A DNA stretch of 64,000 bases from Propionibacteriaceae bacterium (lineage in GTDB: Bacteria > Actinomycetota > Actinomycetes > Propionibacteriales > Propionibacteriaceae). How positions within the stretch are numbered: the first letter of the stretch is position 1; each line of letters starts with the position of its first letter. Shown piece by piece: positions 28,613 to 40,438 of the stretch. The position numbers and the translations under genes were made by a program. A model generated the notes under the pieces. That model was not told where the DNA came from. It was given only the letters and a program-made list of their open reading frames with translations, and did not search any database. The stretch spans positions 8,032-72,031 of the forward strand of contig JBPCRP010000025.1 of the NCBI GenBank assembly GCA_050996715.1. Reading direction: 5' to 3'.

Positions 28613-29173
28613 TCAGAGGCAGAGCTCCGGCGCAGCACCGACGTTCGCGACGTAGCGGGCCGCGACCCACCGACCGTCGGTCAGGTGGTACCAGAGGGAG
28701 TTGCCGGCGACGGTGTCTCCCTCCCACTTGCAGATGATGGTGATCTCGGCTCCGCTGGCGACTGTGCCGTGGGCGGCGGTCCGGGTGGTCGGGGCCTCAC
28801 GCCGGGTCAGCGTCGCCGTGGTGCGCCCGGTGTAGCGGGCCGAGCTGCCGCAGTAGGCGGGCGGCGCCCCGATGTTCTCCACGTAGCGCGCGGACACCCA
28901 GGTGCTGCCCTCGCTCGGGGTGCGGTACCACAGCGAGTTGCCCCCGACGGTGCTCCCGCGGAGCTTGCAGAGCAGGGTGACGCGCTCGCCCTCGGCGTAG
29001 GTGCCGAAGTCGGTCGAGGCGGTCGTGGGAAGCGACCGGGCAATGACACCCCCGCGGGCGACGACCCGGCCCTGGGCGAGGGTTTCCGCCGACGCCGGGG
29101 TGGCGACGGCGGCCCCGGCGACCATGGTGCTGGCCAACGCGCCGAGGACAAGACTGATGGGACGGACGAGCAT
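28613..29173 (-). CDS. secreted protein with two SH3b-like repeats (paralog of 27925..28530)
   Basis: Same two-repeat architecture and shared end ...WVAARYVANVGAAPELC, compared with ...WVSARYVANVGRAPAFC in the neighbour. Confidence 0.7.
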   Translation of the reverse strand: MLVRPISLVLGALASTMVAGAAVATPASAETLAQGRVVARGGVIARSLPTTASTDFGTYAEGERVTLLCKLRGSTVGGNSLWYRTPSEGSTWVSARYVENIGAPPAYCGSSARYTGRTTATLTRREAPTTRTAAHGTVASGAEITIICKWEGDTVAGNSLWYHLTDGRWVAARYVANVGAAPELCL

Positions 29174-29260
29174 GACGACCTCCTGGACTGGTGCGGAACT
29201 CTCTGTTCATAGAGAGGCCGCTCCCGGCCAGAAATTTGCGTCGTTACGCGATCGGTACCG

Positions 29261-29644
29261 TCAGCGGCCGCGCCGCCGGCTCCAGCCGTGGGCGAGGTTG
29301 ACCCCGACGATGCCGGCCCAGGCCACGATCAGTCCGGGAAGGTCGGTGACACCTGCGGCGATGCCCGAGATGGGGATGCCGGCGCCGACCGAGACGATCG
29401 CCAGCACGAAGCTCTGGGTGCGCGCGGCCTTCTCGTCCTCGCGGTCCTCCTGTCGACGTTCGGCCTCGCCGCGGACCTCGGCCGTACGGTAGGCCGCCAG
29501 CTCCTCGACCCGCTCGGCCAGACCGGCCGCGATGTGGTCCTCGTATTCGGGCCCGAGTTCGAGGCGGGCTTGGAGGGCCGCTTCGACGTCGCGCCGGATC
29601 TCGTACCGCTGCCCGGCCGGCCGTTCTCCCCCACCTTGGCTCAT
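29261..29644 (-). CDS. small membrane protein with charged N-terminal helix, unknown function
   Basis: 127-aa ORF: Glu/Arg-rich N-terminal half, then two hydrophobic segments. Confidence 0.5.
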   Translation of the reverse strand: MSQGGGERPAGQRYEIRRDVEAALQARLELGPEYEDHIAAGLAERVEELAAYRTAEVRGEAERRQEDREDEKAARTQSFVLAIVSVGAGIPISGIAAGVTDLPGLIVAWAGIVGVNLAHGWSRRRGR

Positions 29645-29691
29645 GATCGGAATCTAGCGCTCAGGGGAACCGGTGTCAGGAGAGCTCGGTG

Positions 29692-30405
29692 TCAGGAGGA
29701 TTTGGTGTCAGGAGAACCCGGTGGCGCGGTCTCGGTGGCGCGGACCCGAGCCTCCAACCCGCGGAGGGCGTCGCGCAGCGACTGGTCGGGGTCGACGCCG
29801 GCGGTGTGCGCCTCGGCCACCAGCGCGAGGATCTGCTCCCCCACCGTGCCCTGCGTGGCCCTCGGAGCGAGCGGCACCGGCACCCCTCGGGCCCGGGACC
29901 GGCTGATGATCTTGGTCGCGCGGGCCAGCGACGGCAGGTCGGGGATCCCCTCGAGCACCGACCGACGACCCTTCTCGACCGCCTTGCGGGCTTCCCAGCT
30001 GGCGTCGAGGTCAGCCAGACTGGTTCCGGCGCCGACCTCCTCGCCGGCGAAGACGTGCGGGTGCCGGGTCACGAGCTTGTCGGCGATCCCGGCGGCGACC
30101 CGGGCCATAGTGACCTCACGATCGGCTTCGGCCGCGATCACCACGTGGAAGATCACCTGCAGCAGCAGGTCCCCGAGCTCCTCGACAAGATGATCATGCC
30201 GGTTCGGGTCAGGACCATCAGTACCGTTCGTGGTGCCGGGCAGGTTCTCGATCGCCTCGACGACCTCGTAGCTCTCCTCCAGCAGGTAGGGCACCAGCGA
30301 CCGGTGGGTCTGCTCGGCGTCCCACGGGCAGTCGACGCGAAGCCGGTCGACGACCTCGACCAGCCGCCGCACCTCGGTGGCGTCCCGCTCGGGCTGCGTG
30401 CTCAC
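29692..30405 (-). CDS. mazG: MazG nucleoside triphosphate pyrophosphohydrolase
   Basis: CPWDAEQTHRSL and EESYEVVEAIE MazG motifs. Position next to mfd. Confidence 0.85.
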   Translation of the reverse strand: MSTQPERDATEVRRLVEVVDRLRVDCPWDAEQTHRSLVPYLLEESYEVVEAIENLPGTTNGTDGPDPNRHDHLVEELGDLLLQVIFHVVIAAEADREVTMARVAAGIADKLVTRHPHVFAGEEVGAGTSLADLDASWEARKAVEKGRRSVLEGIPDLPSLARATKIISRSRARGVPVPLAPRATQGTVGEQILALVAEAHTAGVDPDQSLRDALRGLEARVRATETAPPGSPDTKSS

Positions 30406-30449
30406 CTCGGTGAGGTTATCGAGGTCCGGTACGCGATGAGTCGCTCCGC

Positions 30450-31004
30450 TCAGCCGGCCGGGGTCGGCGTGGCGGCGGGGCTGGAGAGCGAACCCGGCTT
30501 GGCGACGAGCCCGGTCTGGCCGTTCACGGTGGTCCAGGTGCCGTAGCGCGGGTTGACCGTCACGTCGGCGGTCGCCAGCTGCTTCGTGTACGCGTCTGCG
30601 CCCAGCTTCTCGGCGATGATCTGCTCGTCGGCCAGGTCGTAGGCGACCCCCTTGGCCGCGGCCACCGCGAGTAGCTTCTCACCGGACGCGTCGCCGGTGA
30701 GCCGGGCGTCCCGCTCGGCGTCGGTGATGGTGATGTTGCGCTGGGCGGCGAGGCCGTCGCAGATGACGCCGCGGATCAGCGCGTCGATGACCGCCTGCTT
30801 GTTCACCTGGGCCTGGGTGCCGAAGGCCTGCTGGACCCCGTCGTACGCGCGGTTTACCTGGCTCTCGGTGATCCGCTTATCGCCGACCTCGGCGGCGACC
30901 CCAGGAGCTCCCCCGGCGCAGCCGGTCAGCGCGAGCGTGCTGGCGCACACCGCGGCGGCGAGCAGAGCGCGGGCACGGGTCACGAACATGGATCTCCTGG
31001 TCAT
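30450..31004 (-). CDS. lipoprotein with SurA N-terminal-like chaperone domain
   Basis: Lipobox LALTGC, then ...VGDKRITESQV... resembling SurA_N-type domains. Confidence 0.6.
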   Translation of the reverse strand: MTRRSMFVTRARALLAAAVCASTLALTGCAGGAPGVAAEVGDKRITESQVNRAYDGVQQAFGTQAQVNKQAVIDALIRGVICDGLAAQRNITITDAERDARLTGDASGEKLLAVAAAKGVAYDLADEQIIAEKLGADAYTKQLATADVTVNPRYGTWTTVNGQTGLVAKPGSLSSPAATPTPAG

Positions 31005-31067
31005 CAGTCACAACGATCGAACGGGCGGGCGAAGCCGGAGCCGATCCTACCCACCCGTCGAACTGCG

Positions 31068-31131
31068 CCGAGCAGTCAGAACCTGTCGCGACACGCGGAG
31101 AAACGCGGGAGGACGTGCCTGGTCGGCGGGG

Positions 31132-31134
<3 letters not shown>
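31068..31134 (-). repeat. intergenic hairpin repeat, family 2 (diverged copy)
   Basis: CCGAGCAGTCAG...CGCGACACGCGG...CCTGGTCGGCGGGGTCA. The terminal TCA is the mfd stop codon. Confidence 0.7.
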
Positions 31135-34725
<3,591 letters not shown>

Positions 34726-34740
34726 TCGTGAAGCCTAGAC

Positions 34741-34828
34741 GGCCCAAAAGGACGACTCGATCGTGGAGGGGCTCCGGCGCTGAGCGTGAACGGCAGCGGC
34801 CCAACGGATCGAACCGTCCTTTTGGGCC
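34741..34828 (+). repeat. intergenic inverted-repeat element, family 5, copy 1
   Basis: GGCCCAAAAGGACG...GCTGAGCGTGAACGGC...CGTCCTTTTGGGCC. Confidence 0.85.
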
Positions 34829-34905
34829 GCGATAGAGCGACCTCGCCGGTTGCCGATGACCCGCGTGGCCTGGGCGGCCGAGGAGTGAGGGCGCACCCTG
34901 GATCG

Positions 34906-35529
34906 GTGACCGCACCCTTTCCCGACTGGTTCTTCGACCGGGACGACCCCGGCCCCGACGCCGGGTTCTATCGGCCGCCACGGTGGGTCACCCACATCGA
35001 CGACGGGGCGATCGCGGCCGTCGGCACGCTGTACGCCGACCTCGGGGTCGACCGCGCCGGGCGGGTGCTCGACCTGATGTCGTCGTGGGTCTCGCACCTG
35101 CGGCGGGCTCCCGCCGAGCTGGTGGTGCTGGGCATGAACGCCGCCGAGCTGGCTGCGAACCCGCTGGCGACCGAGGCGGTAGTCCGCGACCTCAACGCCG
35201 ACCCGACTCTCCCGTTCGCGGACGCGACCTTCGACGCCGTGCTGTGCTGCGTGTCGATCGACTACCTGATCCACCCGGTGGCCGTGCTTGCCGAGACGGC
35301 CCGCGTCCTGCGGCCCGGCGCCCCGGTCGTGCTCACCTTCAGCAACCGCTGCTTCCCGACCAAGGCCGTTCACGGGTGGCTCGCCGCCAGTGAGCAAGGC
35401 CGACTCGACATCGTCGCTGCATACCTCCGACGGGCCGGTGGGTTCACCGAGCCGACGGCCGAGCTGCGTACCCCGAATCGGGCGTACCGCGGCGATCCGC
35501 TCTACGCCGTGGTCGCCCGCCGGAGCTGA
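34906..35529 (+). CDS. class I SAM-dependent methyltransferase
   Basis: VLDLMSSWVSHL and Methyltransf_11-like motifs. GTG 34906 was chosen because the upstream part of the ORF is the family 5 repeat. Confidence 0.7.
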   Translation: MTAPFPDWFFDRDDPGPDAGFYRPPRWVTHIDDGAIAAVGTLYADLGVDRAGRVLDLMSSWVSHLRRAPAELVVLGMNAAELAANPLATEAVVRDLNADPTLPFADATFDAVLCCVSIDYLIHPVAVLAETARVLRPGAPVVLTFSNRCFPTKAVHGWLAASEQGRLDIVAAYLRRAGGFTEPTAELRTPNRAYRGDPLYAVVARRS

Positions 35530-35667
35530 CGTGCTCGCCCACGCCGTCGAGGCTGTGACACGCGTTCAGAACCCGAAGCGTGGCCCGACCTCGACCGCGT
35601 CACCCCAGGACGACGGCCCGACCGTGGCTCGGGATCCGAGCGGGCCGCCACAGAATTCGAGCTGGGC

Positions 35668-35982
35668 TCAGGAGCCGATCCGCCCGACGGGGCCGACACC
35701 GACCGAGAACGGCCGGATGCTCATCGCCGGGGTCCCGGCATTGCGCTCCGGGTTGAACGGCGTCACCGCGTCACCCCAGCCGGCCTTGGCCGCGTACGTG
35801 GGCGAGTTGACCAGAACCGGGGTGATCCTGGTGCACCGGCGCCGTGACGGGTGGTGGTCGGCGTCCTTGGTCGGCGTCCTTGGTCGGCGTCCTTGGTCGA
35901 CTTCTGATGCACGACCGCGCCGGCGCACTGTCCCCGGGAACCGCTGACTATCCAGGGCAGATGCTCCGTGGAAAGTGACCAT
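35668..35982 (-). other. possible small CDS or gene remnant; only the 3' half looks coding
   Basis: High GC3 from ITPVLVNSPTYAAKAGWGDAVTPFNPERNAG... to the stop. The 5' part has low GC3 and contains the 13-bp repeats. An antisense frame shares third positions, so the call is weak. Confidence 0.3.
35856..35894. repeat. 13-bp tandem repeat GGTCGGCGTCCTT x3
   Basis: Three perfect units plus the partial GGTCG. The unit length is not a multiple of 3. Confidence 0.95.
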
Positions 35983-35985
35983 TTC

Positions 35986-35999
35986 CCACGTATACGTGG
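35986..35999. promoter_or_regulatory. perfect 14-bp palindrome CCACGTATACGTGG
   Basis: Read directly from the sequence. It sits 4 nt upstream (minus sense) of ATG 35982 and downstream of the pth stop. Confidence 0.5.
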
Positions 36000-36048
36000 C
36001 AACCCGACAACGGCAACAGGACGTGCGCCGCTGCCGAGCGGTGCGACC

Positions 36049-36627
36049 TCAGGAGTTGAAGCGGCTCTGGGTGCGCTCGAGGCCGTCACTGATCAGGGAC
36101 TCGACGGCGTCGGCAGCCCGGCCGACCTCGATCTCCACGTCGGCACGCATCGCCGCCGGGAAAGGGGTTAGCACGAAAGAGGCCGGGTCCTGGCGACCGG
36201 GCGGACGGCCGATACCGAAGCGGACGCGATAGAAGTCGCCGGTGCCCAAGGTCTGGCGGATCGATCGGAGCCCGTTGTGACCGTTGTCGCCACCGCCGAG
36301 CTTGACCCGGAGCTGGCCGGGGTCGATGTCGAGCTCGTCGTGGATCGCCACGACCTGCTCGGGGGCGAACTTGTAGAACTGAGCGACCTTGACCACGGCC
36401 TGGCCGGACTCGTTCATGAAGGTCCGGGGCTTGACCACCACGATGCGAGTGCTGTCGGGGCCCAGCGGCCCGAGACGGCCCTCGGCCACCTCGGCGCGCA
36501 CGCCCTTGGGGGCCGAGAACCGAGCGCCGGCCCGGCGAGCCAGCTCGTCGGCGACCAGAAACCCGACGTTGTGCCGGTGAGATGCGTAGGTGGGACCCGG
36601 GTTACCGAGTCCCACCACCAGCCACAT
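36049..36627 (-). CDS. pth: peptidyl-tRNA hydrolase
   Basis: MWLVVGLGNPGPTYASHRHNVGF... canonical Pth N-terminus. 192 aa. Confidence 0.95.
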   Translation of the reverse strand: MWLVVGLGNPGPTYASHRHNVGFLVADELARRAGARFSAPKGVRAEVAEGRLGPLGPDSTRIVVVKPRTFMNESGQAVVKVAQFYKFAPEQVVAIHDELDIDPGQLRVKLGGGDNGHNGLRSIRQTLGTGDFYRVRFGIGRPPGRQDPASFVLTPFPAAMRADVEIEVGRAADAVESLISDGLERTQSRFNS

Positions 36628-36672
36628 CTGTTCGGTGATCTTCGTCTGTGACCGCAGCTCGCGAGAGCAGGG

Positions 36673-37347
36673 TCAGGAGGCGGTGGCCTCGGCGGGCTCC
36701 TTGGCCTCGTCGCCGACAGCCTCTCCAGTACCCTCGGACTCCTCGTCGACGGTCGGCGCGATACCGGCCTCGGACTCGGCCTCGGCGAGCTCGGCCTCCA
36801 GCGACTCGGCGGACTGCCGCTGGGTGACGTTGATGATCAGCGTCTCGGGGTCGATCTCCAGGATCGAGCCGGACGGCAGCTTGAGGTCCTTGGCCAGGAT
36901 CTGGGTACCGGCCTCAAGGCCCTCGATGTCGACCTCGATCTGGGTCGGGATGTGGGTCGCTTCGGCCTCGATGGGCACGGAGTTGGCGCCGACCACGACG
37001 AGGCTGCCGGGGGCGGCTTCGCCGACGATCGCGATGGCGACGTCCACGGTGACCTTCTCGCCCCGACGGACGATCAACAGATCGACGTGCTCGATGGTGC
37101 CCCTCAGCGGGTCGCGCTGGACCTGCTTGGGCAGCGCGAGCTGGTCGGTGCCGTTGATGCCGACCGACAGCAGCGCGTTGGCCTGGCGCAGCGCGAGAGC
37201 GGTCTCGTGACCCGGCAGGCTGATGTGGACGGGATCGGTGCCGTGACCGTAGAGAACGGCGGGAACCAGGTGGGCACGGCGAATCCGGCGTGCGGCACCC
37301 TTGCCGAACTCGGTCCGCAGTTCGGCAGTGAGCTTGACCTCGGGCAC
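36673..37347 (-). CDS. rplY: 50S ribosomal protein L25/general stress protein Ctc
   Basis: VKLTAELRTEFGKGAARRIRRAHLVPAVLYGHG plus an acidic C-terminal tail. GTG 37347 lies 8 nt after CAGGAG. Confidence 0.9.
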   Translation of the reverse strand: MPEVKLTAELRTEFGKGAARRIRRAHLVPAVLYGHGTDPVHISLPGHETALALRQANALLSVGINGTDQLALPKQVQRDPLRGTIEHVDLLIVRRGEKVTVDVAIAIVGEAAPGSLVVVGANSVPIEAEATHIPTQIEVDIEGLEAGTQILAKDLKLPSGSILEIDPETLIINVTQRQSAESLEAELAEAESEAGIAPTVDEESEGTGEAVGDEAKEPAEATAS

Positions 37348-37566
37348 GAACGGAACTCCTGAAACTAGCGAATGATCATGGATGGGCGTCGACACCGACG
37401 AGGTGGACGCAGGTGCGCGACCAGCAGGTCGAGCACCAGCACGGAGTCCAGTGCCACCCTGTCGATCACGGTCTGCACGACCCTCGCCGAGGCAACCTGG
37501 CTACCTTAGCCCAGCCGTCCGCACGGCGAAAGTCGCGATCACTCCTGGACGCCATTACCGACCAGT

Positions 37567-37625
37567 AAGTGGTCACTTTTGGCGGCCGTACCGGCGTGGC
37601 GTGGGTCGACTGTGACCACTTTCGC
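37567..37625 (+). repeat. intergenic hairpin repeat, family 1, copy B
   Basis: AAGTGGTCACTTTTGGCGGCCGTACCGGCGTGGCGTGGGTCGACTGTGACCACTTTCGC, followed by G-tracts at 37628-37672. Confidence 0.85.
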
Positions 37626-37681
37626 GAGGGGGTGGGGGCCGGCGGGGGTGGGGGCCGGCGGGTGGTGGGGGTACGAGTGGG

Positions 37682-38659
37682 TCAGGACTGGCCGTTGAAG
37701 AGGCTGGTCACCGAACCGTCTTCGAACACCTCGTGGATGGCGCGGGCGATCAGCGGGGCAATCGAGAGCACGGTCAGCTTGGCGAAGCGACGCTCCGGCG
37801 GGATGGGCAGCGTGTTGGTCACGATGACTTCCTCGAAGGCCGACGCGGTCAACCGCTCCACTGCGGGCCCGGAGAGCACCGGGTGGGTGGCGGCCGCGAC
37901 GACCTTTTTGGCCCCTCGCGACATCAGCGCCTCGGCGGCCTGGCAGACCGTGCCGGCGGTGTCGATCATGTCGTCGACGAGCAGGCAGACCCGGCCCTCG
38001 ACGTCACCGACGACCTCGTGCACCGCGACCGTGTTGGCCACGTTGGGGTCGCGACGCTTGTGGATGATCGCCAGCTGGGTGCCGAGCCGGTCGGTCCACA
38101 TGTCGGCCAGCCGGACCCGACCCGCGTCCGGGCTGACCACGGTCATCTCAGAGGTGTCGTAGTTGGCCTGCACGTAGTTGGCCATCAGCGGGAGCGCCCA
38201 CAGGTGATCGACCGGTCCGTCGAAGAACCCCTGGATCTGAGCGGCGTGCAGGTCGACCGACATCAGTCGATTCGCCCCCGCGGTCTTGAACAGGTCGGCG
38301 ACCAGCCGGGCCGAGATCGGCTCCCGACCGGCGTGCTTCTTGTCCTGACGCGCGTAGGGATAGAACGGCGCCACCACCGTGATCCGCTTGGCCGACGCCC
38401 GCTTCAGCGCGTCGACCATGATCAGCTGCTCCATGATCCACTCGTTCACCGGCGCCGCGTGACTCTGGATCACGAACGCGTCGCAACCGCGGACCGACTC
38501 CTCGAAACGGACGTAGATCTCGGAGTTGGCGTAGTTCAGCGCCCGGGTGGGGACGATGCCGACGTCCATCAGGTCGGCGATCTCCTGGGTCAGCTCGGGG
38601 TAGGCCCGACCGCTGAACAGCATCAGGTACTTGCTGTTGGGACGTTTGACCGCAGTCAT
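37682..38659 (-). CDS. prs: ribose-phosphate pyrophosphokinase
   Basis: PYARQDKK, VSPDAGRV and DDMIDTAGT motifs. 325 aa. Confidence 0.95.
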   Translation of the reverse strand: MTAVKRPNSKYLMLFSGRAYPELTQEIADLMDVGIVPTRALNYANSEIYVRFEESVRGCDAFVIQSHAAPVNEWIMEQLIMVDALKRASAKRITVVAPFYPYARQDKKHAGREPISARLVADLFKTAGANRLMSVDLHAAQIQGFFDGPVDHLWALPLMANYVQANYDTSEMTVVSPDAGRVRLADMWTDRLGTQLAIIHKRRDPNVANTVAVHEVVGDVEGRVCLLVDDMIDTAGTVCQAAEALMSRGAKKVVAAATHPVLSGPAVERLTASAFEEVIVTNTLPIPPERRFAKLTVLSIAPLIARAIHEVFEDGSVTSLFNGQS

Positions 38660-40233
38660 GACTGCTCGCTCTCGATCTGTCGATCATGGTGCTGCTGATC
38701 ATGCCGGGCCCGTTCGTGCTGGGCCTGCTCCGGTCGGGCCTGCTCCTGTCGGGCCTGCTCCTGTCGGGCCTGCTCCTGCTGGGCCTGCTCGGCCGCCGCG
38801 GCGGTCTTGGTGCCAGCTCGCTTGCGGGCGACCCAACCGCGGACGTTGCGTTGGCTGCCGCGGGCCACGGCCAGCTCGCCGGCGCCGACGGGCATGGTGA
38901 TGGTCGAGCCGGCCGCGACGTACGCGCCGTCGGCCACCTCGCACGGCGCCACCAGGGTCGAGTCGCTGCCGACGAAGGAGTAGCGGCCCACGTGGGTCGA
39001 GCTCTTGGTGACGCCGTCGTAGTTGGCGAAGATCACCCCGGCGCCGATATTGGCACCCTCGTCGATCACCGCGTCACCGGCGTAGGTGAGGTGTGGGACT
39101 TTCGCCCCCGGTCCGATCCGGGCGTTCTTGGTCTCCACGAAGGTGCCGATCTTGCCCTGGGCCCCCACCGTTGTGCCCGGCCGGAGGGAGGCGTACGGCC
39201 CGACGCTGGCCCCCGCGCCGATCACGGCGAGCACCGCCTGGGTCCGGACGACCGACGCGCCCTCCCCCACCTCGGTGTCGACCAGGGTGACCTCGGGGCC
39301 GATCGTCGCGCCGGCCGCGATCGAGGTCGCACCCTCCAGGAACGTCCCGGGGCGCAGGGTGACGTCGGTGCCGAGGTCGACGGTGCGGTGGATCCAGGTG
39401 GTGCTCGGGTCCTCGATGCTCACCCCGGCTCGCATCCACCCCGCGCAGATTCGCCGGTTCAGCTCCCCCGCCACGGCCTGCAGCTGCACCCGGTCGTTGA
39501 CACCCTCGATCTGCCAGTGGTCCGGGGTGACGTGGGCGTGGACGACGAGCCCTTGCGACCGGGCGTATTCGACGACGTCGGTGAGGTAGAGCTCGCCGCT
39601 CGGGCCGTTCGGGGCCAGCCGGGTGAGAGCCTCGCTCAGCAGGTCGGCGTCGAAGGCGATCACGCCGGAGTTGATCTCCCGGCCGGCCCGCTGCACCGGG
39701 TCCGCGTCGCGGTGCTCCACGATGCCCTGGATCGCCCCGGTGGCGTCCCGGACGATCCGGCCGTACCCCGTCGGGTCGACCACCTCGGCGCTCAGGACCG
39801 TGACCGCGGCCCCGGCCTCTCGGTGGGCGTTCAGGAGCGCGACCACGGTGTCCCCCGTCAGCAGCGGTACGTCGCCGAGGGTGACCAGCACGTCGCCGCT
39901 GAGCTCGCCCAGCTCCTCGAGCGCGCACCGGACGGCGTACCCAGTGCCGTATGCCGCATCCCCCTGGGTGACCGGCTGCACGTGCGGCGCGATCTCGCTC
40001 AGGTGCGCCACGACCTGCTCGCGCTGGTGGCCGACGACCACGGCGATCCGGGTCGACTCGACCGCGGCCGCAGCGTCGATCGCGTGGCTGAGCAGCGAGT
40101 GCCCGGCGATCTTGTGCAGCACCTTGGCCCGGGTCGACCGCATTCGGGTGCCCTCCCCGGCGGCCAGCACGATCACGGCGGCGACACCACGACCCGGTTC
40201 AGTCGGCGCGGCGGACTCGGGCGTGGACGACAC
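38656..40233 (-). CDS. glmU: bifunctional UDP-N-acetylglucosamine pyrophosphorylase / glucosamine-1-phosphate N-acetyltransferase with repeat-containing C-terminal tail
   Basis: VLAAGEGTRMRS, left-handed beta-helix hexapeptide repeats, then a Q/E/A/R tail. An ATGA overlap joins it to prs. Confidence 0.9.
   Translation of the reverse strand: MSSTPESAAPTEPGRGVAAVIVLAAGEGTRMRSTRAKVLHKIAGHSLLSHAIDAAAAVESTRIAVVVGHQREQVVAHLSEIAPHVQPVTQGDAAYGTGYAVRCALEELGELSGDVLVTLGDVPLLTGDTVVALLNAHREAGAAVTVLSAEVVDPTGYGRIVRDATGAIQGIVEHRDADPVQRAGREINSGVIAFDADLLSEALTRLAPNGPSGELYLTDVVEYARSQGLVVHAHVTPDHWQIEGVNDRVQLQAVAGELNRRICAGWMRAGVSIEDPSTTWIHRTVDLGTDVTLRPGTFLEGATSIAAGATIGPEVTLVDTEVGEGASVVRTQAVLAVIGAGASVGPYASLRPGTTVGAQGKIGTFVETKNARIGPGAKVPHLTYAGDAVIDEGANIGAGVIFANYDGVTKSSTHVGRYSFVGSDSTLVAPCEVADGAYVAAGSTITMPVGAGELAVARGSQRNVRGWVARKRAGTKTAAAAEQAQQEQARQEQARQEQARPEQAQHERARHDQQHHDRQIESEQS
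38721..38795. repeat. 15-bp tandem repeat (about 5 units) encoding (QEQAR)n in the GlmU tail
   Basis: GGGCCTGCTCC(G/T)GTC-type units on the + strand. In frame (5 aa per unit). Confidence 0.9.
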
Positions 40234-40277
40234 AGGACTCCCTCACACTGAACGGTCGGCAGGTACGGGTGCCGAGG

Positions 40278-40356
40278 CTCCCCGGGTAGGAGTCGAACCT
40301 ACGTCGCTGATCCTGATTCAAAGTCAGGCGGGCCCTGCCGGCAGACCAACCGGGGA
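40278..40356 (-). tRNA. tRNA-Gln (anticodon UUG), 79 nt with irregular D/variable regions
   Basis: Acceptor UCCCCGG/CCGGGGA with U1:A72 and G73, anticodon arm CCUGA-CUUUGAA-UCAGG, T arm GUAGG-UUCGACU-CCUAC. The variable region is 9 nt. Confidence 0.75.
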
Positions 40357-40438
40357 TTGCGCGGCCCAGCGTACGCATCGGGGCGGTTCCGCGCATGCCG
40401 TCGGGTCCGGACGAGACGCGACCCCCGACACTGGGGAC

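Noticed and set aside
35288-35947. 219-aa plus-strand ORF with high GC3
   Set aside because: Its third codon positions coincide with those of the minus-strand coding-like segment, so its GC3 is not independent evidence. The translation is Pro/Thr/Ser/Arg-rich with no motif, and its 5' part overlaps the methyltransferase gene out of frame.
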